64,000 bases of DNA, from positions 1 through 64,000 of the forward strand of contig CAVYTA010000003.1 in the NCBI GenBank assembly GCA_963771355.1, written 5' to 3'. A program made the position numbers and the translations under genes. This stretch comes from an uncultured Candidatus Rokubacteria bacterium (lineage in GTDB: Bacteria > Methylomirabilota > Methylomirabilia > Rokubacteriales > CSP1-6). This document shows positions 40,437-52,269 of this stretch, piece after piece. The notes under the pieces are model-generated. The model saw only the letters and a list, made by a program, of their open reading frames with translations. It did not search any database and was not told the DNA's origin. The first letter of the stretch is position 1; every line of letters starts with the position of its first letter.

Positions 40437-40940
40437 TCAACGGCCCGAGCGAGCGCGTGTCCGCGCCGCCTTTCGTGCCGCCGCAGAGCGACGGCGCGGG
40501 CCCTTGGTTCGGACGGCCTTGCCGGCCGCCACCGAGCGTGCACGAGGGCCACGCCGGCGCGCGGCGGAACGCGCCTGGCGCCCCACCGCCGCTCTCGAGG
40601 CGGCCGAGTGTCCTTCGCGCTTCAGCGCGGTAAGGGCGGCGCGCGACCGCTTCGGCGAAGGCTTCTTCTTTCGTGACCGAGCGCGCTTCAGCGCAAGCTT
40701 TGCGTTGCGGCGCGTCTTCGCGGACGCCTTCCCCTTCCTCGGCGCCCGGAGCTTCACGCCGGCGCTCCGCGCCTTCGAGAGGCCGATCGCGATCGCCTGC
40801 TCGGGGGACCGCGCCCCATGCTTGCCCTCGCGAACGTGATGCATCTCCTCGCGCACGAACTCGCCCGCCTGCGTCGACGGGGCCTTCCCCTCGCGCTTGT
40901 CCTTTTCAGCTCGCTCCACTGTGCTCTTCTCCGGCATCAT
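40437..40940 (-). CDS. Lys/Arg/Ala-rich putative DNA-binding protein (DUF6496-like)
   Basis: GKAPSTQAGEFVREEM...GKHGARSPEQAIAIGLSKARSAG, histone-like tail; SD AAGGAGG. Confidence 0.8.
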   Translation of the reverse strand: MMPEKSTVERAEKDKREGKAPSTQAGEFVREEMHHVREGKHGARSPEQAIAIGLSKARSAGVKLRAPRKGKASAKTRRNAKLALKRARSRKKKPSPKRSRAALTALKREGHSAASRAAVGRQARSAARRRGPRARSVAAGKAVRTKGPRRRSAAARKAARTRARSGR

Positions 40941-40989
40941 GACCTTTTCCTCCTTTGGTCAAGCTGGGACACAACTGTAATGTCCGGAG

Positions 40990-41005
40990 AGCAACTGTGA
41001 TGCCA
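40990..41005 (-). promoter_or_regulatory. Putative sigma-54 promoter
   Basis: TGGCAT-CACAG-TTGCT. Confidence 0.7.
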
Positions 41006-41058
41006 GCAGCTCAGGGGCCCGCCCTTGACCGCCGGGGCCGCTTCTGTTCTCGTGCTCC

Positions 41059-43287
41059 ATGATGGCAGCCGCAGCCACGACCCGCCTGCGCGGCGTCCTC
41101 CTCGTCCTGGCTACGCTCCTCGGAGCGTTTGGGCCCGCCTGCCAGCCGCTGCCCACACCCAGGCCCGCCCCAGCCCCCAGCGCCGCGCCCGCCCCCGCCG
41201 CGCCCGCTCCGTCGGCGCCGTCGGTGCCAGCGCCGGAGGTCGTCTCCGGCGAGACCTACATCCGTTGGCTCGTGGAGCGCTCGATGCTCCACCAGGCGGA
41301 GCTGGCCGCGCGGCGCTTCGCGGGCCAGGGACAGATGTGGCAGCATCCCTACGCCACGCCGCAGCCGCGCGCCGCCTCGGCGTTGGCCTCAGTGTGGTTC
41401 ACCGCGTACCCGCCGTCTCAGATCACGGGGCCGGGCGAGTCGGTGCTGGAAAGCCTGGGCGACCCAGAGCTCTGGCGCGTCTTTCATGACATCGGGATCG
41501 GCGGCATGCACACCGGCCCCATGAAGCGCGCCGGCGGCATCCGCGAGCGCGAGTACACGCCCACCGTGGACGGCAACTTCGACCGCATCAGCAGCGAGAT
41601 CGACCCGGGCTTCGGCACCGAGGCGCAGTACCAGGCCATGGTCCGGCACGCGCGCGACCACGGTGCCGTGCTCATCGGCGACGTCATCCCCGGCCACAGC
41701 GGCAAGGGCGCCGACTTCCGTCTCGCCGAGCGGGGCTACGGCGACTACCCGGGCCTCTACCACCTGGTGGAGATCCGGCCGGCGGACTGGAGCCTCCTCC
41801 CCGCGGTGCCGGCCGGCAAGGACTCGATCAACCTCGGGCCCGCGGCGGTGGACGCCCTCAAGGCGGGCGGGTACATCGTCGGGCAGCTGCCGCGCACCAT
41901 CTTCTACGAGCCGGGCGTCAAGGAGACGGACTGGTCGGCCACCGACGTCGTGGTCGGCGCCGACGGCAAGCGCCGCCGGTGGGTATACCTGCACTACTTC
42001 AAGGATGGGCAGCCCAGCTTCAACTGGCTCGACCCCACCTTCGCAGCGCCGCGGTTGGTGGCGGGCGACGCCATCCACTCGCTGGCCACCCTGGGCGAGC
42101 GCATGCTGCGCCTGGACGCCAACGGCTTCCTCGGCATCGAGGTCGGCCGGAGCAACAGCCGCGCCTGGTCCGAGGGCCATCCGCTCTCGGTCACCGCCAA
42201 CCAGCTCATCGCCGGCCTGGTGCGCAAGCTCGGAGGCTTCACCTTCCAGGAGCTCAACCTCACGCTCGAGGATATCCAGGCGATGTCCCAGGGGGGCGCG
42301 GATCTCTCCTACGATTTCGTCACGCGCCCCGCCTACCAGCACGCCCTCGTCACCGGCGACGCCGGGTTCCTCCGTCTCATGCTCGGCCTGCAGCGAGCCT
42401 ACCAGGTCGACCCGGCCGCCCTCATCCACGCGCTCCAGAACCACGACGAGCTCACGCTCGAGCTGGTGCATTTCTGGACCCGACACAAGGACACCACGTT
42501 CACCTTCCGCGGCAAACCGGTGAAGGGCGGCACGCTGCGCGAGACCATCCGGGCCGAGATGCACGGCCGCCTGCTGGGCCCGGCGGCCCCCTACAACCTC
42601 AAAGCCGCCAACGGCGTCTCCTGCACCACCGCCACCGTGGCCGCCGCCGCCCTCGGCATCCGCGATATCGGGCATCTCACCGAGGCGCAGCGGCGCGACA
42701 TCCAGCGCGCTCATCTGCTCCTGGCCCTGTACAACGCCATGCAACCGGGCGTCTTCGCCCTCTCCGGCTGGGATCTGGTGGGCGCCCTGACGCTGCCGGG
42801 CGAGTCCGTGAAACCCTTGATCGCCGAGGGCGACACGCGCTGGATCAACCGGGGCGCCTATGACCTGCTGGGCAAGCACTCCGGCGTGGCGAAGTCGAGC
42901 AGCGATCTACCGCGGGCCCAGGCCCTCTACGGCCCGCTCCCCGAGCAGCTCAAGCGCCCGGACTCGTTCGCCTCCGAGCTCCGCAAGATGCTGCGCGTGC
43001 GCGCGCAATACCGCATCAACGAGAGCGAGCAGGTCGAGCTGCCGGCGGTGCAGGCCCAGAGTCTGGTCGTCATGGTCCACCGACTTCCCGGCGGCGCGGG
43101 CACCCAGGTCACTGCCGTCAACTTCGGCCGCGCGGCCGTCCGCGAGGCCGTGACGCTCAAGACGGCGCCGCCGGGCGGGGCGGTCGCCGACCTCCTCGCT
43201 GAGAAGACGCTCGGGAAGCTGGGCCCGGACGGGCGGCTGCCGCTCGCGCTCGGTCCGCACGAGGGGCAGGTCCTGCTCATCAAGTAG
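41059..43287 (+). CDS. treS: Trehalose synthase (maltose alpha-D-glucosyltransferase, P. stutzeri type) with a lipoprotein-like N-terminus
   Basis: [60 protein letters not shown]. Confidence 0.88.
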   Translation: MMAAAATTRLRGVLLVLATLLGAFGPACQPLPTPRPAPAPSAAPAPAAPAPSAPSVPAPEVVSGETYIRWLVERSMLHQAELAARRFAGQGQMWQHPYATPQPRAASALASVWFTAYPPSQITGPGESVLESLGDPELWRVFHDIGIGGMHTGPMKRAGGIREREYTPTVDGNFDRISSEIDPGFGTEAQYQAMVRHARDHGAVLIGDVIPGHSGKGADFRLAERGYGDYPGLYHLVEIRPADWSLLPAVPAGKDSINLGPAAVDALKAGGYIVGQLPRTIFYEPGVKETDWSATDVVVGADGKRRRWVYLHYFKDGQPSFNWLDPTFAAPRLVAGDAIHSLATLGERMLRLDANGFLGIEVGRSNSRAWSEGHPLSVTANQLIAGLVRKLGGFTFQELNLTLEDIQAMSQGGADLSYDFVTRPAYQHALVTGDAGFLRLMLGLQRAYQVDPAALIHALQNHDELTLELVHFWTRHKDTTFTFRGKPVKGGTLRETIRAEMHGRLLGPAAPYNLKAANGVSCTTATVAAAALGIRDIGHLTEAQRRDIQRAHLLLALYNAMQPGVFALSGWDLVGALTLPGESVKPLIAEGDTRWINRGAYDLLGKHSGVAKSSSDLPRAQALYGPLPEQLKRPDSFASELRKMLRVRAQYRINESEQVELPAVQAQSLVVMVHRLPGGAGTQVTAVNFGRAAVREAVTLKTAPPGGAVADLLAEKTLGKLGPDGRLPLALGPHEGQVLLIK

Positions 43288-43305
43288 TCCCGCGGAGGAT
43301 CGGAG

Positions 43306-44733
43306 ATGACCGGAGAGGGCTCGCGACCACGCCTGAGCTTCTGGCAGATCTGGAACATGAGCTTCGGCTTCCTGGGCATCCAGTTCGGCTGGGCGCTGCA
43401 GATGGCCAACATGAGCGCGATCTACGAGTACCTCGGCGCCGATGCCCACCAGATCCCCATCCTGTGGCTCGCCGCCCCGCTGACCGGCTTGCTCGTGCAG
43501 CCTGTCATCGGCCACATGAGCGACCGCACCTGGAATCGCCTGGGCCGGCGCCGCCCCTACTTTCTCACGGGCGCGCTGCTCGCCTCCTTCGCGCTGATCG
43601 CCATGCCCAGCTCGGGCACGCTCTGGATGGCGGCCGGGCTGCTGTGGGTGATGGACGCCTCCATCAACATCAGCATGGAGCCCTTCCGCGCCTTCGTCGC
43701 CGACCTGCTCCCGCCGGAGCAGCGCACGCGCGGCTACGCCATGCAGGCGTTCTTCATCGGGCTGGGGGCGGTCATCGCCTCGATGCTTCCCTGGCTGCTC
43801 TACGACATCTTCCCGGCCGGCGGTGACGGCGGAACGCCCGGGAAATCCATTCCGTTCGGGGTGAGGCTGGCCTTCTATCTCGGCGCGTTCACTTTCCTGG
43901 CGGCCGTGCTCTGGACCATCTTCACGACCCGGGAGCATCCGCCGGAGGACCTGGAGGCCTTCCGGCGGATGAAGGCCGAGAAGGCCAGTTTCGGCGCCGC
44001 CGTCGCCGAGATCTTCCACGACGTGCTGGCCATGCCGCCGACCATGCGGCGTCTGGCTTGGGTGCAGATCTTCACCTGGCTGGGTTTCTTCTGCATGTGG
44101 CTCTACTTCGGGGTGGCGGTGGCCCGGAACATCTTCGGCGGCACCCCCGGCACGCCGGCCTACGAGCAGGGCATCGCCTGGGCGGGTAACTGCTTCGCCA
44201 TGTACTCCGCCGTCTGCTTCGCCTTCTCGTTCGCCTTGCCCGCCGTGGCCGGGTGGCTGGGCCGCCGGCTCACCCACGGCCTGTGCCTGCTGATGGGGGC
44301 CATCGGCCTGGTCTCGGTGGCCGTCATCGATGACAAGTACCTGCTCCTCCTGCCCATGGTGGGCGTGGGTGTGGCCTGGGCCAGCACCCTCACCATGCCG
44401 TATGCCATCCTGGCCGGCGCCCTGCCCGCCGGGAAGACCGGCATCTACATGGGCATCTTCAACTTCTTCATCGTCATTCCTGAGATCCTGGCCGCGCTCG
44501 GCTTCGGCACGATCATGGAGCGCCTCCTCACCAACGAGAGCGCGCTGGTATTGTTGTTGGGCGGCGACAACCGGCTCGCCGTTGTCGTCATCGGCGGCCT
44601 CTCGCTGGCCGTGGCGGCGGCTCTCTGCGCCATCGTTACCGACCCCGAGGCCGATCGGGGCGCCCCGCCGTCGCCCCCGGACCCCGCGCGACTGATCGAG
44701 CACCCTGTCCCCTCCGGGGAGAGGGCAAGATGA
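43306..44733 (+). CDS. MFS sugar transporter (maltose/sucrose, SLC45/MalT-like)
   Basis: [42 protein letters not shown]. Confidence 0.9.
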   Translation: MTGEGSRPRLSFWQIWNMSFGFLGIQFGWALQMANMSAIYEYLGADAHQIPILWLAAPLTGLLVQPVIGHMSDRTWNRLGRRRPYFLTGALLASFALIAMPSSGTLWMAAGLLWVMDASINISMEPFRAFVADLLPPEQRTRGYAMQAFFIGLGAVIASMLPWLLYDIFPAGGDGGTPGKSIPFGVRLAFYLGAFTFLAAVLWTIFTTREHPPEDLEAFRRMKAEKASFGAAVAEIFHDVLAMPPTMRRLAWVQIFTWLGFFCMWLYFGVAVARNIFGGTPGTPAYEQGIAWAGNCFAMYSAVCFAFSFALPAVAGWLGRRLTHGLCLLMGAIGLVSVAVIDDKYLLLLPMVGVGVAWASTLTMPYAILAGALPAGKTGIYMGIFNFFIVIPEILAALGFGTIMERLLTNESALVLLLGGDNRLAVVVIGGLSLAVAAALCAIVTDPEADRGAPPSPPDPARLIEHPVPSGERAR

Positions 44734-44737
44734 GGGG
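44703..44737. repeat. BoxC/REP-like palindromic element
   Basis: CCCTGTCCCC-TCC-GGGGAGAGGG-CAAGA-TGAGGGG; similar copy at 53731-53765. Confidence 0.5.
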
Positions 44738-44808
44738 CCCCGGCGTCTCCATTCCACCTCGGGATGTTGCGGGCACCGGCGCACAAGCGCGGGACGGCTG
44801 TCTGACCG

Positions 44809-45123
44809 TCAGAACAGGCCGAGCTGGAGCCTCGCCGCCTCCGACATCCGGCTCTGGTCCCAGGGCGGATCGAACACGACGTCGACCTTCACGTCGCTGA
44901 CGCCGGGGACCGCGCGGATCCGCTCCTCGACCTCCCGGGGCAGCGTTTGGGCGGCCGGGCACCCCGCGGCGGTCAAGGTCATCCGGACGGTGACCGCCCC
45001 GGATGCGTCGATCGCGATCCCGTAGATCAGCCCCAGCTCATGGATGTTCACCGGGATCTCCGGGTCGTAGACCGTCTGCAGGGCCTCCACGACGAGCTTC
45101 TCGATCTCTGCCTGCTCGGCCAT
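44809..45123 (-). CDS. sufT: SUF Fe-S assembly protein SufT (DUF59)
   Basis: YDPEIPVNIHELGLIY, MTLTAAGCP, PPW. Confidence 0.9.
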   Translation of the reverse strand: MAEQAEIEKLVVEALQTVYDPEIPVNIHELGLIYGIAIDASGAVTVRMTLTAAGCPAAQTLPREVEERIRAVPGVSDVKVDVVFDPPWDQSRMSEAARLQLGLF

Positions 45124-45144
45124 GACGGCCTCCTATGACCTTCT

Positions 45145-45588
45145 CTATTCTGTAGTCACGGGCTCGGCCTTGCCCGCCAGCGCCGCGTGCACCGTGTGCC
45201 AGGCCAGCGTCGCGCACTTGATGCGGCTCGGGAACTCCCGCACGCCGGCAAAGACGCCGAGCTTGCCCAGCTCCGCGTCGGGGCCGTTCTCGGTCAGCAT
45301 GGCGCGGAACCGCTCGAAGGCCTCCTCGGCTTCGGTCACCGTCTTGCCCTTGAGGTCGGCGGTCATCATCGACGCGGACGCCTTGGAGATGGCGCAGCCC
45401 GAGCCCTGGAAGCCGATGTCGCGGATCACCTCGCCCTCGAGCGCGATCTCCACCGTCAGCCGGTCGCCGCAGAGCGGGTTGTAGCCCTCGGCCGCCCGGC
45501 TCGGGTGCACGAGCGTCCGGAAGTTCCGCGGCTTCCGGTTATGATCGAGGATGACCTGCTGGTAGAGATCGCGCAGCTCGGACGTCAT
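45145..45588 (-). CDS. sufU: SUF sulfurtransferase SufU
   Basis: LYQQVILDH, NPLCGD, GCAISKAS, RIKCATL. Confidence 0.93.
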   Translation of the reverse strand: MTSELRDLYQQVILDHNRKPRNFRTLVHPSRAAEGYNPLCGDRLTVEIALEGEVIRDIGFQGSGCAISKASASMMTADLKGKTVTEAEEAFERFRAMLTENGPDAELGKLGVFAGVREFPSRIKCATLAWHTVHAALAGKAEPVTTE

Positions 45589-46820
45589 CCGAAGACCTCC
45601 CGGACCTTGGCGAGCCCCTCGACCAGCGCGTCGATGTCTTCACGCGTGTTGTAGACGCCCAGGGAGGCTCGCGCGGTGGCCGCGATGCCGAACCGCGTCA
45701 TGACCGGCATCGCGCAGTGGTGCCCCGTCCGCACCGCGATGCCCTCGCGGTCGAGGATGCTGCCCACGTCGTGGGCGTGCACTCCGTCGACCAGGAACGA
45801 CAGCACCGAGGCTTTCTCGCGCGCGGTGCCGACGAGGCGCAGGCCGGGGAGCGCCGAGAGCCGCTTCGTGCCATGGACGAGCAGCGCGTGCTCGTGAGCC
45901 GCGACCCGGTCGAGCCCGAGGCCCTCCAGGTACTCGAGGGCGGCGCCGAGGCCGATGGCGCCCGCGATGTCCGGCGTGCCCGCCTCGAACTTGTACGGCA
46001 GGTCGTTGTAGACGGTCTTCTCGAAGCTGACCGACTTGATCATGTCGCCCCCGCCCTGGTAGGGCGGCATCGCCTCGAGGAGCGCGGTCTTGCCATAGAG
46101 GACGCCGATGCCGGTCGGTCCGTACGTCTTGTGCCCGGAGAACGTGTAGAAGTCGCAGTCGAGATCCTGGACGTCGATCCGCAGGTGCGGCGCGGCCTGG
46201 GCGCCGTCCACCAGCACCGCGATGCCGCGACGGTGGGCCGCCTCGATCATCCGCTTGACTGGTACGATGGTGCCGAGCGCGTTGGAGACGTGGGCCACCC
46301 CGACCAGCCGGGTCCGTTCGCCGAGCAGCCGCTCGTAGGCGTCGACGTCCACCTCGCCCGCGTCGTCGATGGGGACCACGCGCAGCGTCGCGCCCGTCTC
46401 CTCGCAGAGCATCTGCCACGGCACGATGTTCGAGTGGTGCTCGAGCGCGGTGATGATCACCTCGTCACCCGCCCCCACCGTCCGCCGGCCGTAGGTCTGC
46501 GCCACCAGGTTGATGCCCTCGGTCGTCCCCCGGACGAAGACGATCTCCCGCGAATGGGCCGCGTTGAGGAAGCGCTGGATGCGCCCGCGCGCGCCCTCGT
46601 ACGCCTCGGTGGCGCGCTCGCTCAGCTGGTGCACGCCCCGGTGCACATTGGCGTTGTCGCGCGCGTAGTAGTCCGCGAGTGCGTCGAGCACGACCTGCGG
46701 CTTCTGGGACGTCGCCGCGCTATCCAGGTAGACCAGCGGCCGCCCGTGCACCTCCTGGTGGAGGATCGGGAAGTCTTTCCGGATCCGTTCCACGTCCAGG
46801 GCCATCGTTGATTCCTTCAT
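45585..46820 (-). CDS. sufS: Cysteine desulfurase
   Basis: LVYLDSAATSQKP, SGHK, RTGHHCA. Confidence 0.95.
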   Translation of the reverse strand: MKESTMALDVERIRKDFPILHQEVHGRPLVYLDSAATSQKPQVVLDALADYYARDNANVHRGVHQLSERATEAYEGARGRIQRFLNAAHSREIVFVRGTTEGINLVAQTYGRRTVGAGDEVIITALEHHSNIVPWQMLCEETGATLRVVPIDDAGEVDVDAYERLLGERTRLVGVAHVSNALGTIVPVKRMIEAAHRRGIAVLVDGAQAAPHLRIDVQDLDCDFYTFSGHKTYGPTGIGVLYGKTALLEAMPPYQGGGDMIKSVSFEKTVYNDLPYKFEAGTPDIAGAIGLGAALEYLEGLGLDRVAAHEHALLVHGTKRLSALPGLRLVGTAREKASVLSFLVDGVHAHDVGSILDREGIAVRTGHHCAMPVMTRFGIAATARASLGVYNTREDIDALVEGLAKVREVFG

Positions 46821-48165
46821 GCCGCCTCCTCGGGGACCCGGCCGCCGCGCAGCCGGCGCCGCAGCAGCTCCTCGCACCAGACCCGCACCGGCTCCACGCG
46901 GATCCGGCCGAGCACCTCGTTGGCGAACCCGTGGGTGAGCAGGGAGCGGGCGGCTACCTCGTCGAGCCCGCGGCTCTCGAGGTAGAAGATCGCGTCCTCC
47001 GCGAGCTGGCCGTCGGCCGCGCCGTGGCTGCACTTGACGTCGTCCGCGAAGATCTCGAGCTGCGGCTTGCTGTCCACCTCTACCCCGTCCGACAGGATGA
47101 GGTTCTTGTTCGTCTGATGGGCGTCGGTCCCGTTGGCCCTCGGCCGGACGACAACCCGCCCGTTGAATACGCCCCGCGCCCGACCGTCGAGCACACCCTT
47201 GTAGAGCTGGCGGCTCGTGGTCCGCGGCTGGGCGTGATCCACCACCGTGTGGGTATCCACGTGCTGGACACCCCCGACCACAAAGAGTCCGTTCAACGTG
47301 CACTCCGCCCCTTCGGCATCAAGCCGCGCGTCGACGTCGTTCCGGACGAGCCGCCCGCCGAGGGTCACGGCGCATGAGGCAAACCGGCTGTCCGCCCCCT
47401 GGCGCACCCGGGTGCGGCCCACGTGAATGCCCTGGCGGCCCTCCAGCACGACGCGGTGATGGTCGAGGACGGCACCCGGGCCGAGGGCGATCTCGGTGGA
47501 CACATTGGTCAGATAGGCCTCGTCGGCCAGGGCGACGTAGCTTTCCACCAGCACCGCCCGGCTCTCCGGCTCGAGCACGATCAGGCTCCTCGGATGGTCG
47601 GCGCGCCCCCCTGACGCGGTGGCCACGAACAGGAGCTGAATGGGCTCCTCGAGGCTGACCCCGGCCGGCACATGCAGGAACGCGCCATCCGCCCAGAAGG
47701 CCGCGTTGAGCGCGCTGAAGGCGTCACCGGACTCAGCGGCGGGGGGCTCCGCGGCGCCGGCGAGGTGGGGGCGCACCGTCGGCTCGTCGGTGATCAGGGC
47801 CTCCGCGAGGCTGCCGAGACGGCCGCCCGGCGGCAACGGCTGGATAGTCGAGAGCTTGGCCACGTACCGCCCGTCGACGAACACGAGGCGGCTCCACGAG
47901 TCCGGCCCCATCGAGAAGCGCGCCAGGTCTTCCTCGGACGGCATCTCCCGCGCCGCATCGGCGGCCAGGTCGAGTGGCGCCGCCACCAGCGGCGCGAGGC
48001 TCGTGTACTTCCACTCCTCGTCGCGGGTGGTGGGCAGGCCACGCTCGGCGAAGCGGTCGATCGCGGCCCGGCGCGCCTCGCGCAGCCAGGCCGATCCGTC
48101 GACGGCGCCTCGCCGCTCGCGCTCGCCGTACGCCGCGAGGAAGGTTTCCTTAGTGGTCCGGTCCG

Positions 48166-48169
<4 letters not shown>
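46817..48169 (-). CDS. sufD: Fe-S assembly protein SufD
   Basis: EEWKYT, KPQLEIFADDVKCSHGA, FYLESRG. Confidence 0.95.
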
Positions 48170-48933
<764 letters not shown>

Positions 48934-48943
48934 TCCTCTCCCT

Positions 48944-50404
<1,461 letters not shown>

Positions 50405-50456
50405 TCGCTTGTCCCCCTCCCCGTCTACATAGCTCAGCGTACCCCCATCCTGTGGA

Positions 50457-50484
50457 GATGGCGACTAGAAAGGTCGTATTTATA
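50457..50484 (-). promoter_or_regulatory. Putative Rrf2/IscR-type operator upstream of sufB
   Basis: TATAAATA-CGAC-CTTTCTA-GTCG-CCAT: CGAC-N7-GTCG dyad in an AT-rich patch. Confidence 0.55.
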
Positions 50485-50500
50485 ACTCGAATAGAAACAG

Positions 50501-52054
50501 CTACTTGTTCTCGATCGCGAGTAGGGCCTTTTCGACGGCCCCCTCCACCTCGCCGGCAGTGTCGAGGCGGACCACCCCCGGCTCGTGAGCCGGTGACTCG
50601 TAACGGGCGCGGTGCTCGGCCAGCAGTTCCTCCCGCCCATCGGAGACCTCGTGCCGGTCCTTGCTCCGGCTCCGGAGCCGCTCCACGAGAGCCTCGTCGG
50701 GGGCGTCGCACCAGAGCACGCCGAACGGAAGGCCATGGCGGTCGGCCACCGCGCGGGCCTCGGCCCGCTCCGCGGCGTGCGAGAAACTGCCGTCCACGAT
50801 CACGGGCCAGCCGGCCCGGAGCAGCTCGTCGGCCAGTCGCGCGGCCCCCACGTACGTCCGCCGACCCATCTCGGGGGTGTAGAGCCCTTCCCCGAAGGCG
50901 GGCGCCACCCGCTCCCGCAGCGGCACGCCGCCGAGCCGCTTCCGCACCGCGTCGGTCCGTACCACGATGGCGCCCAGCCGGGCCGCGGCGTGCCGCGCGG
51001 CGGTGCTCTTGCCGGTGCCCATCACGCCGGTGGTTATGACCAGGCGCGGGCGCCGATGAGGCGCCACGAAGCGCCCGGCCAGCTCGAACAGAGTCCGGGC
51101 CTCGCCCGCCCGCTCCGGGTGATCGGCAACCTGGAAGGCCGTCACCTTGGCCCGCACCCACGCCCGGTAGGCGCGGTAGAAGTCGAGCAGCGGCACCGCC
51201 TCGTAGTCGCCGTTCTCCTCGAGATAGGCATTCAGGAAGCGGATCGCCAGGTCCGGGCGGCCCAGCCGCTCCAGGTCCATGGCGAGAAAGGCGATCTCTC
51301 CCGTCACGTCGCCGAAGCGGAAGCGATGATTGAACTCGATGCAGTCGAAGATCTGCACGGGCTCCACGCAGCAGACGTGCTGAGCCTGCAGGTCCCCGTG
51401 GCAGTCGCGGCTGCGCCCGGCGGCGACCCGCGCCGCGAAGCGCGCGGCCTCGCGCTCGAGGAAGGCCCCCACGTACTCGCGCACGCGCCGGCGCGTGTCG
51501 TCCGGCAGCAGCTCCGGGCCCACCGCGTCGGTCTGGGCGAAGTTCTCCTCCCAGTTCCGTCGTATCGTCTCGAGGCCGCCGAGCTCGTCGACCTCGCCCC
51601 CGGTGTCGGCGGCCGCATGGAACCGCGCCACCGTCGTCCCGATCCCGTCGAGCAGCGCGGGCGGGGCGGCGTTCTCACGCACGAGCCGATCGAGCATGCG
51701 CTCGGCGGGAAGCCGCCGCATCACCACCGCGACCTCGAGCGTGCGGCCCCGGCCCTCGAAGCGCGGCGCCTCCGCGCTGCCCTTGATCTCCACGACGCCG
51801 AGATAGACGTCGGAGGCAAGGCGCCGGTTGAGCCGCACCTCGTCCTGGCAGAATCGCCGCCGCAGGGCGAGCGTGGTGAAGTCGAGGAATCCGAGGTTCA
51901 CCGGCTTCTTGATCTTGTATACGCGGTCCCCGGCGAGCAGAACCCAGGAGATGTGTGTCTCGATCAGCTCCACGCGGTCCGCCGGATGTGGATAGAGCGC
52001 CGGATCGAGGAGCCGCTCGACGAGGCGGGGCCGCCGGCTCGAGCGTTCGGTCAC
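50501..52054 (-). CDS. Bifunctional aminoglycoside-phosphotransferase-like/AAA_33 kinase protein
   Basis: ETHISWV, KIKKPV.LGFLDF, DCHGDL, DCIEFN, GVMGTGKST. Confidence 0.9.
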   Translation of the reverse strand: MTERSSRRPRLVERLLDPALYPHPADRVELIETHISWVLLAGDRVYKIKKPVNLGFLDFTTLALRRRFCQDEVRLNRRLASDVYLGVVEIKGSAEAPRFEGRGRTLEVAVVMRRLPAERMLDRLVRENAAPPALLDGIGTTVARFHAAADTGGEVDELGGLETIRRNWEENFAQTDAVGPELLPDDTRRRVREYVGAFLEREAARFAARVAAGRSRDCHGDLQAQHVCCVEPVQIFDCIEFNHRFRFGDVTGEIAFLAMDLERLGRPDLAIRFLNAYLEENGDYEAVPLLDFYRAYRAWVRAKVTAFQVADHPERAGEARTLFELAGRFVAPHRRPRLVITTGVMGTGKSTAARHAAARLGAIVVRTDAVRKRLGGVPLRERVAPAFGEGLYTPEMGRRTYVGAARLADELLRAGWPVIVDGSFSHAAERAEARAVADRHGLPFGVLWCDAPDEALVERLRSRSKDRHEVSDGREELLAEHRARYESPAHEPGVVRLDTAGEVEGAVEKALLAIENK

Positions 52055-52150
52055 GCGAGCCGCTCCGCCCGGGCCAACTCCTCCGCGGTCTGCCCGACCC
52101 GGGCGTCCATAGCTTCCGAGGGTACTCCTCAACCTCCCCCGCCGATCTAC

Positions 52151-52164
52151 GTCAACGCGTTGAC
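52151..52164. promoter_or_regulatory. Perfect 14-bp palindrome between divergent genes
   Basis: GTCAACGCGTTGAC. Confidence 0.4.
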
Positions 52165-52238
52165 ATTGATCGTCGTGCCACGATTCCCAGAACTATGCGA
52201 GCCACGCGATTTCTCGAGGAAATCCCGCGCCAAATCCC

Positions 52239-52254
52239 TGGCCTAGGACGTGCA
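52239..52254 (+). promoter_or_regulatory. Putative sigma-54 promoter
   Basis: TGGCCT-AGGAC-GTGCA (GG-N10-GC), 15 bp before GTG 52270. Confidence 0.5.
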
Positions 52255-52269
52255 TAGCACTCCCCAGTT

